From assembly GCA_964291265.2 (NCBI GenBank), contig OZ219747.1, positions 320,001 to 384,000 of the forward strand: a stretch of DNA of 64,000 bases. The letters run 5' to 3'. A program made the position numbers and the translations under genes. Every line of letters begins with the position of its first letter. The first letter of the stretch is position 1. The notes beneath the pieces are model-generated. The model did no database searches and was not told the DNA's origin. It saw only the letters and a list, made by a program, of their open reading frames with translations. The stretch comes from Alphaproteobacteria bacterium. GTDB taxonomy: Bacteria; Pseudomonadota; Alphaproteobacteria; SP197. Positions 45,943 to 55,161 of this stretch are shown here, piece by piece.

Positions 45943-47103
45943 ATGACCGCTCACTTGCCCTTTCCACGCCAGGAACTCGATCGACGCCTTGACACGCTCC
46001 GCGGCGCGATGGCGGAGCGTGATCTGGACGGCATTCTCGTCGCCAGTCCGGAGAACATCTACTACCTCACCGGCCTCGATCACTGGGGATTCTTCGCGAC
46101 ACACGTCCTCGTCGTGCCGCGCGACGGCGGAATGCGCCTCGTCGCCCGGGCCATGGAGCGGATCACGATCACCAACCAGGTCGCCAACGCCGCCTTCCAT
46201 GGCCACTCCGATGGCGAGGAACCGGCGGACCATGTGCTCGAGGCGATGAGCCTTCTCGGAATTCGCGACGGCCGGGTCGCGCTCGAGGAGCGCTCCTTGT
46301 TTCTCACACCGCATACGGCAAGCCGCATCAAGGCCGGCGCTCCGGCGGCCGCATGGAGCGACGCCTCGGGCATCATCGACACCCTGCGGATCGTCAAGTC
46401 ACCGCTCGAAATCTCCTATACGCGCCGTGCCGCCGAAGCGGCGGATGCCGGTACGCTGGCGGCCATCGACGCCATTCACCATGGCGCCAGGGATCACGAA
46501 GTCGCTGGCGAATGCCAGCGCGCCCTGTGTCTGGCGGGCAGCGAGTATCCCGGTTTCGGACCGTTCATCAGGCCGACATCCAGGCTTGGCGAGGAGCACA
46601 CCACGTGGCGGGGCGAGACGTTTCGCAACGGCGATGCAGTGTTCCTGGAGATCGGTGCGGCCTGCCGCAAGTACCAGGCGCCCATGGGCCGGCTGGTCTA
46701 CGTGGGGAGCGCTCCTGTCGGCGTCGAACGCTCCGTCGAGATGGCCATCGACGCCATGCAGGCGATCGCCGCCGCGATCGTTCCGGGCGCGCGGGCCAGA
46801 GACGCCTATGCAGCCTGGCGGGATGTCGCAAGAAGCCGGGGGCTCGAAGGCTACGAGCGGCATCACTGCGGCTACCTGACAGGCATCGGTTTCCCACCGA
46901 GCTGGACCGGAGGCTCCATGGTCACGGGTCTTGCGCCCGATTCGGACCTGGAACTGAAGCAGGGCATGTCGTTTCACCTTCATTCGTGGTTCACCGACAC
47001 GGACTGTGTCGACTATTTCATCTCCGACTCCGCGATCCTGACGGAGAAGGGGTGCGAGATCCTCACCACGCGCTCACCCCAGACCCTCATCGTGCGCGCA
47101 TGA
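45943..47103 (+). CDS. M24-fold hydrolase paralogue
   Basis: ENIYYLTG, KSPLE, GY..GIGFPPSW. Confidence 0.85.
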   Translation: MTAHLPFPRQELDRRLDTLRGAMAERDLDGILVASPENIYYLTGLDHWGFFATHVLVVPRDGGMRLVARAMERITITNQVANAAFHGHSDGEEPADHVLEAMSLLGIRDGRVALEERSLFLTPHTASRIKAGAPAAAWSDASGIIDTLRIVKSPLEISYTRRAAEAADAGTLAAIDAIHHGARDHEVAGECQRALCLAGSEYPGFGPFIRPTSRLGEEHTTWRGETFRNGDAVFLEIGAACRKYQAPMGRLVYVGSAPVGVERSVEMAIDAMQAIAAAIVPGARARDAYAAWRDVARSRGLEGYERHHCGYLTGIGFPPSWTGGSMVTGLAPDSDLELKQGMSFHLHSWFTDTDCVDYFISDSAILTEKGCEILTTRSPQTLIVRA

Positions 47104-47559
47104 GCATGACGTCACGTGAGCACCGGAGGCAACAGCCGGCACGAATGCGCCCGGCATCAAGGGGACCCTGACCGGGCAAGCGGCGCAGCGAGCGCTGCAC
47201 CAAGCGCATGCCATCGACCACGCGAATCCCTGCGGACGACTTGCTTCAGACGGACCCCCGTCGAGTCACACCACCGATCAGCCGGCACCGTCCCGGCAGG
47301 ATCGGAATTCGTTCCGCGGCCCGGGTCAGGGCATCCTTGCCACGCCGAGCCGCCTGCCTTCCACCGACGTGCACGTGTCCGCCACGGGATCGTTGCCACC
47401 ATCGAACTCGGGAGCATTGTCAGAAAATGCTGCCCGGAATTGACCCTTCTCGGGATCCGCTCCACCGGCCGCCCAGCTCATGCCGCTGCGACCCGCATGC
47501 GTGGGAAGGTCAGAGGAAGCCGCCGACATACGTGCGCGCGTGCAACCCATGGATGCCCG

Positions 47560-47928
47560 ACGTCAGGAGGAATCATGTGGAATCAGGCGTGGGACGGTCC
47601 TGACCGGGTTCCCCGGCGGTCCCTCTTGCGGCTCTGCAGCGTTCCCGCGACCCCGGACGGCCCGTCATGCCTCGCCAGTGGCGGCGTTTCCGGTATTGCC
47701 CCTGCTCCTTGGAACACAAGGCGCCGGCATCGACAGCTTTCGAGGCTCAATGGCGCTGCTTCGCCGCCCCCCTTGCGTACGCTTCACGACATGCGGTGCC
47801 GCACGCCATGCAACACTCGGTTCCGGCTGGTATTGACCCTTGCCGCGTCGGAGTTTCACCCGATGGATTACGTCGAGACGTTTCAGATTCGTCGCACCTA
47901 ACCTCCTCCAGGACTCTGTCTGGCGCAA
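47560..47928 (-). ncRNA. Group II intron 5' remnant (domain I only)
   Basis: Minus strand TTGCGCCAGAC...GGGTGAAACTCC...GGAACCGAGTGTTGC...GTGAAGCGTAC...TTGAGCCTCGAAA; no domain V found. Confidence 0.65.
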
Positions 47929-48393
47929 GGCAGCACGCACCCGGACGGCAGGATCGGGCGCCGGATCTCTGCAGACCGGCGCGGCCTGGACCCGGCGCCT
48001 CGGCGAGCACCTGCCGGCGATCTTCCCCGGAGGGCGACTTCCAGGAGATGATCTCGCGCGCCGGTGAGACCGGGGCGGCGCTGCCGGTCCGGGCGATGTC
48101 GGGGACCGAAGCGCCAGCTGCTGTCCGGAACGCAGAAGCTCCGGGAAGGCGTCAGGTTTCTGTCTCGGGCTGCAAGCCAACCGGAAGAAGAAAAGGACAC
48201 GGACTTGAGTGTGCTGGATTGACAGGCCTCGATCCCGCCAACGACAGCGTCGACGGTGCCGGCCGCATCCGCATAGCGGCAGGGCGCGACTTCTCCGACG
48301 TCTCACCGACTGAGCGGAATTCTGCCAGGCAGGTGCCAGGCCGCCCTCGAAGTCAGGATCCGTCCCGTCCGCGCCTGACAGGGAACCGCTCTC

Positions 48394-49641
48394 CTACTCG
48401 ACCACGGCAATCCGCGCCGGGACGCGATGCAGGAAACCCGCGTCGTCGTCGGTGAACATCATCATGTCGATGAGCATGGACATGCCGGCATCCTGCGGCA
48501 GGTAGAAGTTGGCCTCGTAGTTGGACGACATCCCGGGCTCGAAAACCTCGTCTCCGGGATCGTTGTGAACGTCCCAGAACCACGGGCCCACCCAGTCCGG
48601 CGGAAAGGAAAGGCCCAGATCATAGCCGCCGATCCAGCACTGGTCCTGCCAGATGCCGGTGTCGCGGTAGTAGGCTTCGATGACCTTGAGAAGTTCGCGC
48701 ACCGGCAGACCCGGACGGAGAATCTCCGCCAGCATGGCCTTGACGCCGGTGACGGCGTCGAGATAGCGCGACACCTCGGGGTGCGGTTCACCGACGCACA
48801 CGGTACGCGCGATGTTCGAGTGGTAGCGGTGCCAGACGCCACAGATGTCGACGTTGACGACATCGCCCGGCATGATCTGCCGCCGCGTGGCCAGGGCATG
48901 CATGGCGGCGCTGCGCGCGCCCGAGGACACCGGCATGGTGATCGACGAGGGTTCACCGCCGGCGCGGGCCATGGCGCGCACCATCTCGCCCCAGACCTCC
49001 AGTTCCGTGACACCGGGGCGAATGGTCTCGATGGCCGTCTGCATGCCGATGTCGCCGATCCTGGCGGCGGTGCGGATGAAGGCAAGTTCGGCGGGCGACT
49101 TGATCCGGCGCACATCGTTGACGATGTCGCTGCCGTCGACCACCGTGGCACCGCGGGCCTCGAAACCGGCCTGCAGCCGCTCGCTTGCCGCGCGGTTCGG
49201 CCGGTAGCTGTGCATCTCCAGGCCGACCCTCCCGTCGAGCCAGTCCTCGCCGTCGAGGGTCTGGACGATGAAGCCGATCACGTCCTCGGAAGGCTGGGCG
49301 TCGCCGCCGAAGATGCGCAGGTCCCGGCTGACCGTCGTGAACCCCGCCAGAATCTGTTCGTTCTGCACCTCGATGTGAATGAAGTCGTCCGCGTCGACGT
49401 GAACGGCGATCCCGGTGACCGGCAGCCAGGCAGTCGGTCCCTGGGCCTGATACCACTCGGCACGATAGCCGGAGAGGTAGCACACCGATTCCGGTGACGC
49501 GAGATAGAGGGTGTCGATGCGGCTGGCGGCCATCGCTGTACGCACCCGGTCCAGCCGGCGGCGGTACTCGTCGAGGGAGAAGATCGTTTCGGCCTCCGGC
49601 CGCAGAAACTTCAGCGTCCGTTCCTTGTGTGTCATGCCCAT
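48394..49641 (-). CDS. M24-fold hydrolase paralogue
   Basis: YLSGY, KSPAE, YHSNIART, GYDLGLSFPPDW. Confidence 0.85.
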   Translation of the reverse strand: MGMTHKERTLKFLRPEAETIFSLDEYRRRLDRVRTAMAASRIDTLYLASPESVCYLSGYRAEWYQAQGPTAWLPVTGIAVHVDADDFIHIEVQNEQILAGFTTVSRDLRIFGGDAQPSEDVIGFIVQTLDGEDWLDGRVGLEMHSYRPNRAASERLQAGFEARGATVVDGSDIVNDVRRIKSPAELAFIRTAARIGDIGMQTAIETIRPGVTELEVWGEMVRAMARAGGEPSSITMPVSSGARSAAMHALATRRQIMPGDVVNVDICGVWHRYHSNIARTVCVGEPHPEVSRYLDAVTGVKAMLAEILRPGLPVRELLKVIEAYYRDTGIWQDQCWIGGYDLGLSFPPDWVGPWFWDVHNDPGDEVFEPGMSSNYEANFYLPQDAGMSMLIDMMMFTDDDAGFLHRVPARIAVVE

Positions 49642-49734
49642 CTGATCCGTCCCCTTCAAGGTGACCGCGGCCTCTCGCTTCCGGCCGGTGTTTTGCTCAT
49701 AGTTCCGCCTGCGCACTATCCGGGAGACCACGCC

Positions 49735-51753
49735 TTGGCGCTGATGCTGGGTATCGATACCGGCGGAACCTACACCGATGCCGTATTGCTGGACACCGCC
49801 CGGGGGCCCCTCAAGACGGCAAAGTCGTTGACGACGCGGCACGACCTGACGATCGGCATCGCCGCCGCCGTCGATGCGGTGCTCGGCGAGAATGCCGCAA
49901 CGATCGCCCTCGTGTCGGTCTCGACCACGCTCGCCACCAATGCCATCGTCGAGGGACGGGGCAGTCCGTCAGCGCTCGTCCTCATCGGCCATGCACCCGA
50001 GGACGGGACCAGGCATGACATCGCGAGCGCCCTCTCCGGTGGCCCCCTGATCAGGGCCCGTGGAGGCCACGATGCCCTCGGCGAGGAAGCCGCTCCTCTC
50101 GATCTCGGTCTCGTGGAATCGGAGGCCCTCGAAGTCGCCGGCACGGTCTCGGCCTTCGCCGTCTCCTCGTTGTTCTCGGTTCGCAATCCGGCGCACGAGA
50201 TGGCGGTGCGCGACATGCTGCGGCGGTCGACCGGCCTTCCGGTCTCCTGCGGCCACAGCCTGAGCGCCGAGCTCGATGCGCCGCGCCGCGCCCTGACGGC
50301 GCTGCTCAATGCGCGGCTCATCCCCATGATCCAAGAACTCATCGTCACAGTCACGACGTTGATGGCCGAGCGCGGGATCCAGGCCCCGGTCATGGCCGTC
50401 AAGGGTGACGGATCCCTGATCGATGCCGCCACCGCGCTGGACACTCCGGTGGAGACCATCCTCTCCGGTCCCGCGGCGAGCGTCATCGGCGCACGGCACC
50501 TTTCCGGTCACGACAACGCCTTCATCTCGGACATGGGCGGGACCACCACTGACATCGCGCTGGTCGAGAACGGGCAGCCGAAACTCGACACCAGGGGTGC
50601 GCGGGTTGGCGGTTACCACACCATGGTGCGCGCGGTGACCGCCTACACAAGCGGTCTGGGCGGCGACAGCGAGATTCGCCTCGACGACAAGGGGCGGCTC
50701 GCCATCGGTCCGCGCCGCGCCGTGCCGCTGGCTCTCCTCGCCCACCGCTACCCCGACGTCATCGACATTCTCGCCGCGCAGGTGAGGCGCGCCTGGCCGC
50801 TGGAGTGGGACGGCATCTTTGCGCTTCGCCTGCTCCAGCCAGCCCGCGAACCCTCCGGTCTCTCGCGGCCACAGCGTCACCTGTGGGAGGCGCTCGCCGA
50901 CGGTCCCGTCGCCATGGAAGAACTCTATCGCGACCGCTCGCCCAAACTGTCGCTCGAGGCCCTCATGGAAAGAGGACTCGTCATCACGTCGCGTTTCACG
51001 CCGAGCGATGCCGCCCATGTCCTCGGCATCCACGACGCCTGGGAGGGTGAGGCAGGGCCATTGGCGGCGCGCCTGTGGCTGAGGTGGTGGGCCATGACAG
51101 GTCATGCCGCGCCGGATGATCCACAAGCCTTCGCGCGTCTCGTCCTGGAGGCGACGCTCCAGGCCAGCGTTCACGCGCTCATCGAAGCGGCGATGCAGGA
51201 AGAGCACGGGCTTCCACTGCCCTCCGGGCGTTCCGCCCATGCCCTGCTCCAGGCGGCGATGGAGGGCCGTGAGGGCACGCACTTCGCGCTTGACGTGCGC
51301 CTCCACCATCCCGTGGTGGGAGTCGGCGCGCCTGCCGCGACCTACTATCCGCGCCTCGCCAGCCGCCTTCACACCGAAGTCTTAGTTCCGCCCCATGCCG
51401 GCGTGTGCAACGCCGTGGGGGCCGTCGCAGGGGGCGTGGTGCAAAGGGCCGATGGACTGCTGACGTCACCCAGGAGCGGTGTCATTCGCTGTCATCTTCC
51501 CGACGAGGTGACGGACTTCGAAGACCTCGAGGAGGCAGCGCTCCATGCCAGCGGCGTTCTCGAACGCCTGGCGCATCAGGCAGCCGCGAGGATCGGCGCC
51601 GATGACATCACCGTGCGCGTGGACCGCAAGGACGAGATCGTCGCCTGCAAGGACGGCAGCTCGCTCTTCATCGAAAGCCGCCTTGCCGCCGTGGCGGCGG
51701 GCCGTCCATCACTCGGCAGTCAGGCGGGACGCGGCTCGAAGCCCTCCTCGTAG
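49735..51753 (+). CDS. Hydantoinase A/oxoprolinase-family protein
   Basis: GIDTGGTYTDAV, STTLATNA, SGPAAS, DMGGTTTD; TTG start after GGGAG. Confidence 0.9.
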   Translation: MALMLGIDTGGTYTDAVLLDTARGPLKTAKSLTTRHDLTIGIAAAVDAVLGENAATIALVSVSTTLATNAIVEGRGSPSALVLIGHAPEDGTRHDIASALSGGPLIRARGGHDALGEEAAPLDLGLVESEALEVAGTVSAFAVSSLFSVRNPAHEMAVRDMLRRSTGLPVSCGHSLSAELDAPRRALTALLNARLIPMIQELIVTVTTLMAERGIQAPVMAVKGDGSLIDAATALDTPVETILSGPAASVIGARHLSGHDNAFISDMGGTTTDIALVENGQPKLDTRGARVGGYHTMVRAVTAYTSGLGGDSEIRLDDKGRLAIGPRRAVPLALLAHRYPDVIDILAAQVRRAWPLEWDGIFALRLLQPAREPSGLSRPQRHLWEALADGPVAMEELYRDRSPKLSLEALMERGLVITSRFTPSDAAHVLGIHDAWEGEAGPLAARLWLRWWAMTGHAAPDDPQAFARLVLEATLQASVHALIEAAMQEEHGLPLPSGRSAHALLQAAMEGREGTHFALDVRLHHPVVGVGAPAATYYPRLASRLHTEVLVPPHAGVCNAVGAVAGGVVQRADGLLTSPRSGVIRCHLPDEVTDFEDLEEAALHASGVLERLAHQAAARIGADDITVRVDRKDEIVACKDGSSLFIESRLAAVAAGRPSLGSQAGRGSKPSS

Positions 51754-52694
51754 AAGCTGTACCAGTTCCCTCCCATGACACCCGCGATCTCGTCCGCCGT
51801 CATGCCGACGGCACCGAGGCCCTCCTCAATGGCGTCAAAGCAGAGATTGCTGGTGAACCAGGTGGGGAAAGATGGAACGGCGGCATCGCCGCCGTCGTCC
51901 CTGGTCCAGCGTCCGGTTCGCATCCAGGCGATGACGCGATCAGGCTGATCCTGCACGAGGTCCGAGCCGATGCCGATGCGGTCCATGCCGAACCGTTCAC
52001 CGGTTTCGGCAACCATCTGGCAGAAACTCCCGAGACTGCACCCGGAGCCGTCCTTCAGATGCGGTGGATAGAGGGAAAAGCCGATCATGCCGCCATTCAC
52101 GGTCACCGCCCGAATGGCGTCGTCGGACTTGTTGCGCGGCACGGGCCACCAGCTTGCCGGATTGGCATGGGTGATGGCGATCGGCCGCTCGGACAACTCC
52201 GCCGCCTCGATGGTGGAGCGCTCGCCCGAGTGGCTCATGTCGATGACCAGCCCGACCCGATTCATCTCCCGGATCACTTCACGGCCCATCCGTGTCACAC
52301 CCGAATCGTGATGTTCCCGGAATCCCGCCGCCAGGAGAGACTGGTTGTTGTAGGAGAGCTGCATGAAACGGCCGCCCAGAGTGTGGAGAATCTCGATGAG
52401 ACCGATGTCGTCTTCCATGGGGCTGCAGTTCTGGAACCCGAAGAAGATGGCGGTCCGCCCGGTCTCGGCTGCGCGTTTCACGTCGGTGGCCCACCGTCCG
52501 TGAAAGATGAGATCCGGATACTGTCCGAACCACCGGTTCCACCGCTCGATGTTGTGCACTGTTTCGCGGAAAGTCTCGTGGTAGGCGATGGTGACATGCA
52601 CTGCATGCACCCCGCCCTCGTTCATCTGCCGAAAGATCTTCTCGGACCAGTTGGCATACTGGAGATTGTCGATCCTCATGGCGCAAGACTGCAT
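51720..52694 (-). CDS. M19 membrane-dipeptidase-family protein (start 52679 or 52694)
   Basis: IDNLQYANWS, DMSH, THAN, GIGSD. Confidence 0.9.
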   Translation of the reverse strand: MQSCAMRIDNLQYANWSEKIFRQMNEGGVHAVHVTIAYHETFRETVHNIERWNRWFGQYPDLIFHGRWATDVKRAAETGRTAIFFGFQNCSPMEDDIGLIEILHTLGGRFMQLSYNNQSLLAAGFREHHDSGVTRMGREVIREMNRVGLVIDMSHSGERSTIEAAELSERPIAITHANPASWWPVPRNKSDDAIRAVTVNGGMIGFSLYPPHLKDGSGCSLGSFCQMVAETGERFGMDRIGIGSDLVQDQPDRVIAWMRTGRWTRDDGGDAAVPSFPTWFTSNLCFDAIEEGLGAVGMTADEIAGVMGGNWYSFYEEGFEPRPA

Positions 52695-52839
52695 CCGACA
52701 GGCCTCAAGGTCCACCTCTCTCGGACCTGCTCGCATGGCATGGCGCCGCGACCGCAAGACCATGCTGATCGTCACCCGAAACGAGGCGGAGGAGGCGCCG
52801 GAGTCGGTGGTGCTGTCGCGAGCAGAACCGGGAGTTGGC

Positions 52840-52937
52840 CAGGACCATCCCTTTGTCGGGCCTGTGGATGGCCGATGTGACAGGAACCTGGCACGGTTGA
52901 GGCGCCCCGGGTTCACTGCGGGCCGGTTTCAGTGGCC
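52840..52937 (+). repeat. ~95 bp direct repeat, copy 1
   Basis: CAGGACCAT..CTTTGTCGGGCCTGTGGATGG...CCCGGGTTCACTGCGGGC.GGTTTCAGTGGCC. Confidence 0.85.
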
Positions 52938-52989
52938 ACTGCTGGTGCATCAGGGCTCATCGGGCACGCTTTTTCGAGTGCTCGAGCGG

Positions 52990-53488
52990 AGTTGTCCTGT
53001 TGCGCCGTCGGGCGGCGCATTCCCGGCTTGTGGCGCCGGGTCAGGAGCGCAAGGTTCATGTCGACGAACGTCTCCGCGAGGAACACCTTGCGCGACCTCG
53101 ATGTCGACGGACAGCCGCCGAAGACTTGAGGCCGAACACGCTCAGACGCCGGGTTCGGCATCCCCCTCGGGACAGGAATGACGAACCGGGAACTGTTCGC
53201 GATCAGATGCAGGCGCCGGAACTGCTGCTCCGCAGTCCAGCCGATCCAGCGGTTGCGTGCAGCAAGCTTGAACTCAGCCCGGCTGGCAGCCGACCAGCGC
53301 CACCCAGGTCTCGCCCGCCAGGGCGACATGGCGCAGGCCCTTGCCGATGATGCCGTGAAACCGCAGGTAGTGATGCTCCTTCACCAGACGGTCCCAGAGC
53401 CGGTGCTCACGTGCGCCACGGGTCAGACTTGACCGCCACCTCGCGAAGGTCGATGAGGGAATCCGGGGTCGCAAGTAAGCGTCGTCAT
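52990..53488 (-). pseudogene. DUF4338 (DruA-like) domain remnant
   Basis: LWDRLVKEHHYLRF...RNRWIGW..EQQFRRLHLIAN.SRF...LAETFVD across frameshifts. Confidence 0.75.
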
Positions 53489-53652
53489 GCCGGCACACTA
53501 CCACGGCGAAAACGGGATCTTTGCCCCAAGATCAGCGTGCGTCGATCGCCGGGACGACAACATGAAGAGTCCTGCGTCTGCCACACCTGGAGTTGAATTG
53601 TGCTTTCCACGCTCCCATAGTATTGTCCGTGGGGTCGCGTTGAGTGAGAGGG

Positions 53653-54021
53653 ATGTATCGAACAGTTGCGGTGGCTACCCTTGGTGTGTTCCTGTGGGCT
53701 GCGGCCCTTGCTGGAGACAGCACACCAACCACGATTCCCGAAGATGCCGAAGATCTCGTGGGACTCACAACCATGGCGAAGGTGAAGGTCCCCGTTCGCA
53801 AATCCCCACCTGAAGGTCTCCTCGCCTGGCCCGGGGCGCAGGTTGGCGAGCTCTATCCGGACATGAGCTATCGAATCGAAGATGCGGTAGTCCTTCCGTA
53901 CGTCTTCTGGACACAGACCTGGGTTCTGATCACTGATCTGGACTCGGGTGAGGAGCTCGGATGGTCCTATTTCGGCGAGGATGCCTCGCAGAGCGTCAAC
54001 TTCTATTGGCCCCATTATTGA
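53653..54021 (+). CDS. Hypothetical secreted protein (possible SH3-like fold)
   Basis: Signal-peptide-like N-terminus, beta-rich body with W.....GW.Y. Confidence 0.6.
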   Translation: MYRTVAVATLGVFLWAAALAGDSTPTTIPEDAEDLVGLTTMAKVKVPVRKSPPEGLLAWPGAQVGELYPDMSYRIEDAVVLPYVFWTQTWVLITDLDSGEELGWSYFGEDASQSVNFYWPHY

Positions 54022-54030
54022 GTTATCTCG

Positions 54031-54393
54031 ATGGAACCGGCGCCCTACTGGCAGCCGATTGTTGCAATCGGCAGCCCCTTTCTATCCTTCTTCGCAGGGG
54101 TGTGGCTGACTGATCGGATTGGCCTGTACAGCCATATTCCGAGGCGCATTTTGTATCTGATAGCGATCCCCATTGGGATCGTCCTTCCCGCTCAGTTCGC
54201 TCAAAGTGCTGCTGTGACGATAGATTCGGTGATCTACTACGGATATATGCAGCAGGTATTCAAGTTCGCGATGTTCATGGGCACGGTCATGCTCTGCGGT
54301 ATGGCGGTGCCCGACTTGTTTGTCGCCATCATGAGCAGGATTCTCGGGCCCCGTGGTGGCGGGCCGGGCGGAGCGCCGACTGATCATTCCTGA
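54031..54393 (+). CDS. Hypothetical membrane protein (~3 TM)
   Basis: Three hydrophobic segments; starts 9 nt after previous stop; lower GC. Confidence 0.65.
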   Translation: MEPAPYWQPIVAIGSPFLSFFAGVWLTDRIGLYSHIPRRILYLIAIPIGIVLPAQFAQSAAVTIDSVIYYGYMQQVFKFAMFMGTVMLCGMAVPDLFVAIMSRILGPRGGGPGGAPTDHS

Positions 54394-54725
54394 AGTCGTG
54401 GTGCTGCTCTGACCGCCGTTCCGACACAAACCGGGGCGGGAGGTGCTGGTCGGACCGGCTGGCGGGCTTGTGACGACGCAAGGGACGCTGTCAACGCCTA
54501 GGGAACGCCGTGGAGGCGTTGTCCGGGGCCTGCGGTCCATCCACCCATCGACACGTCGTTCACCGCACTCACTGGCCCGTGCTGACGATCGATCTTGCAG
54601 TGTAGCGAGTTGGGAGCCCTCGACATTACCTCATGGCAACCTTGGCCGGCGTCTCGAGGCGCCGGCCTACCCATCGTCGTTGGCGGCGGTGATCATGCAC
54701 TCTCCGGCGCCGTGGTGGTGGCGGG

Positions 54726-54817
54726 CAGGACCATTCCTTTGTCGGGCCTGTGGATGGCTGATGTGGCAGGGACCTGCACGGTTGAGGCTCCCCGGGTTCA
54801 CTGCGGGCAGGTTTCAG
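54726..54817 (+). repeat. ~95 bp direct repeat, copy 2 (interrupted by IS66; resumes at 57709)
   Basis: Matches 52840-52932; final TGGCC follows the right TSD. Confidence 0.85.
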
Positions 54818-54859
54818 GTAAGCGTTCGGCCACGCGGTGATTGTTGGTGATATTCACCG

Positions 54860-55161
54860 GTTGAGGATGCGTTTGGGAGGCGCACCACGTGGCGGTTCGC
54901 TGTTGGGTCCGAAGACGATGGGTCCGGGTCGGGTTGCTCGTCGTTGGGGTGGCGGCAGGGTGATGAGGCCGTCGCGGTGCATGGCCAGAAAGGCGACATT
55001 CGCCATCATGTTCTTGAGGCCCCGTCGGGCTTGTATCAGCCGGTCTCGCGGCAGAAGGCGCGGGCGATGGCCGCACGGGTGGGGTGCTGGGTGATCAGGG
55101 AGCGCAACAGCGCCATCTCGTGCGCGGTGAAGTCACGGCCGTCGTAACGGCACTCGATCAC
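54860..55161 (-). pseudogene. DUF4338-like passenger gene, premature TGA at 55038 and truncated
   Basis: GTG start overlaps tnpC stop; RYDGRDF...AFCRETG* where the 38 kb copy reads TGG. Confidence 0.7.
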
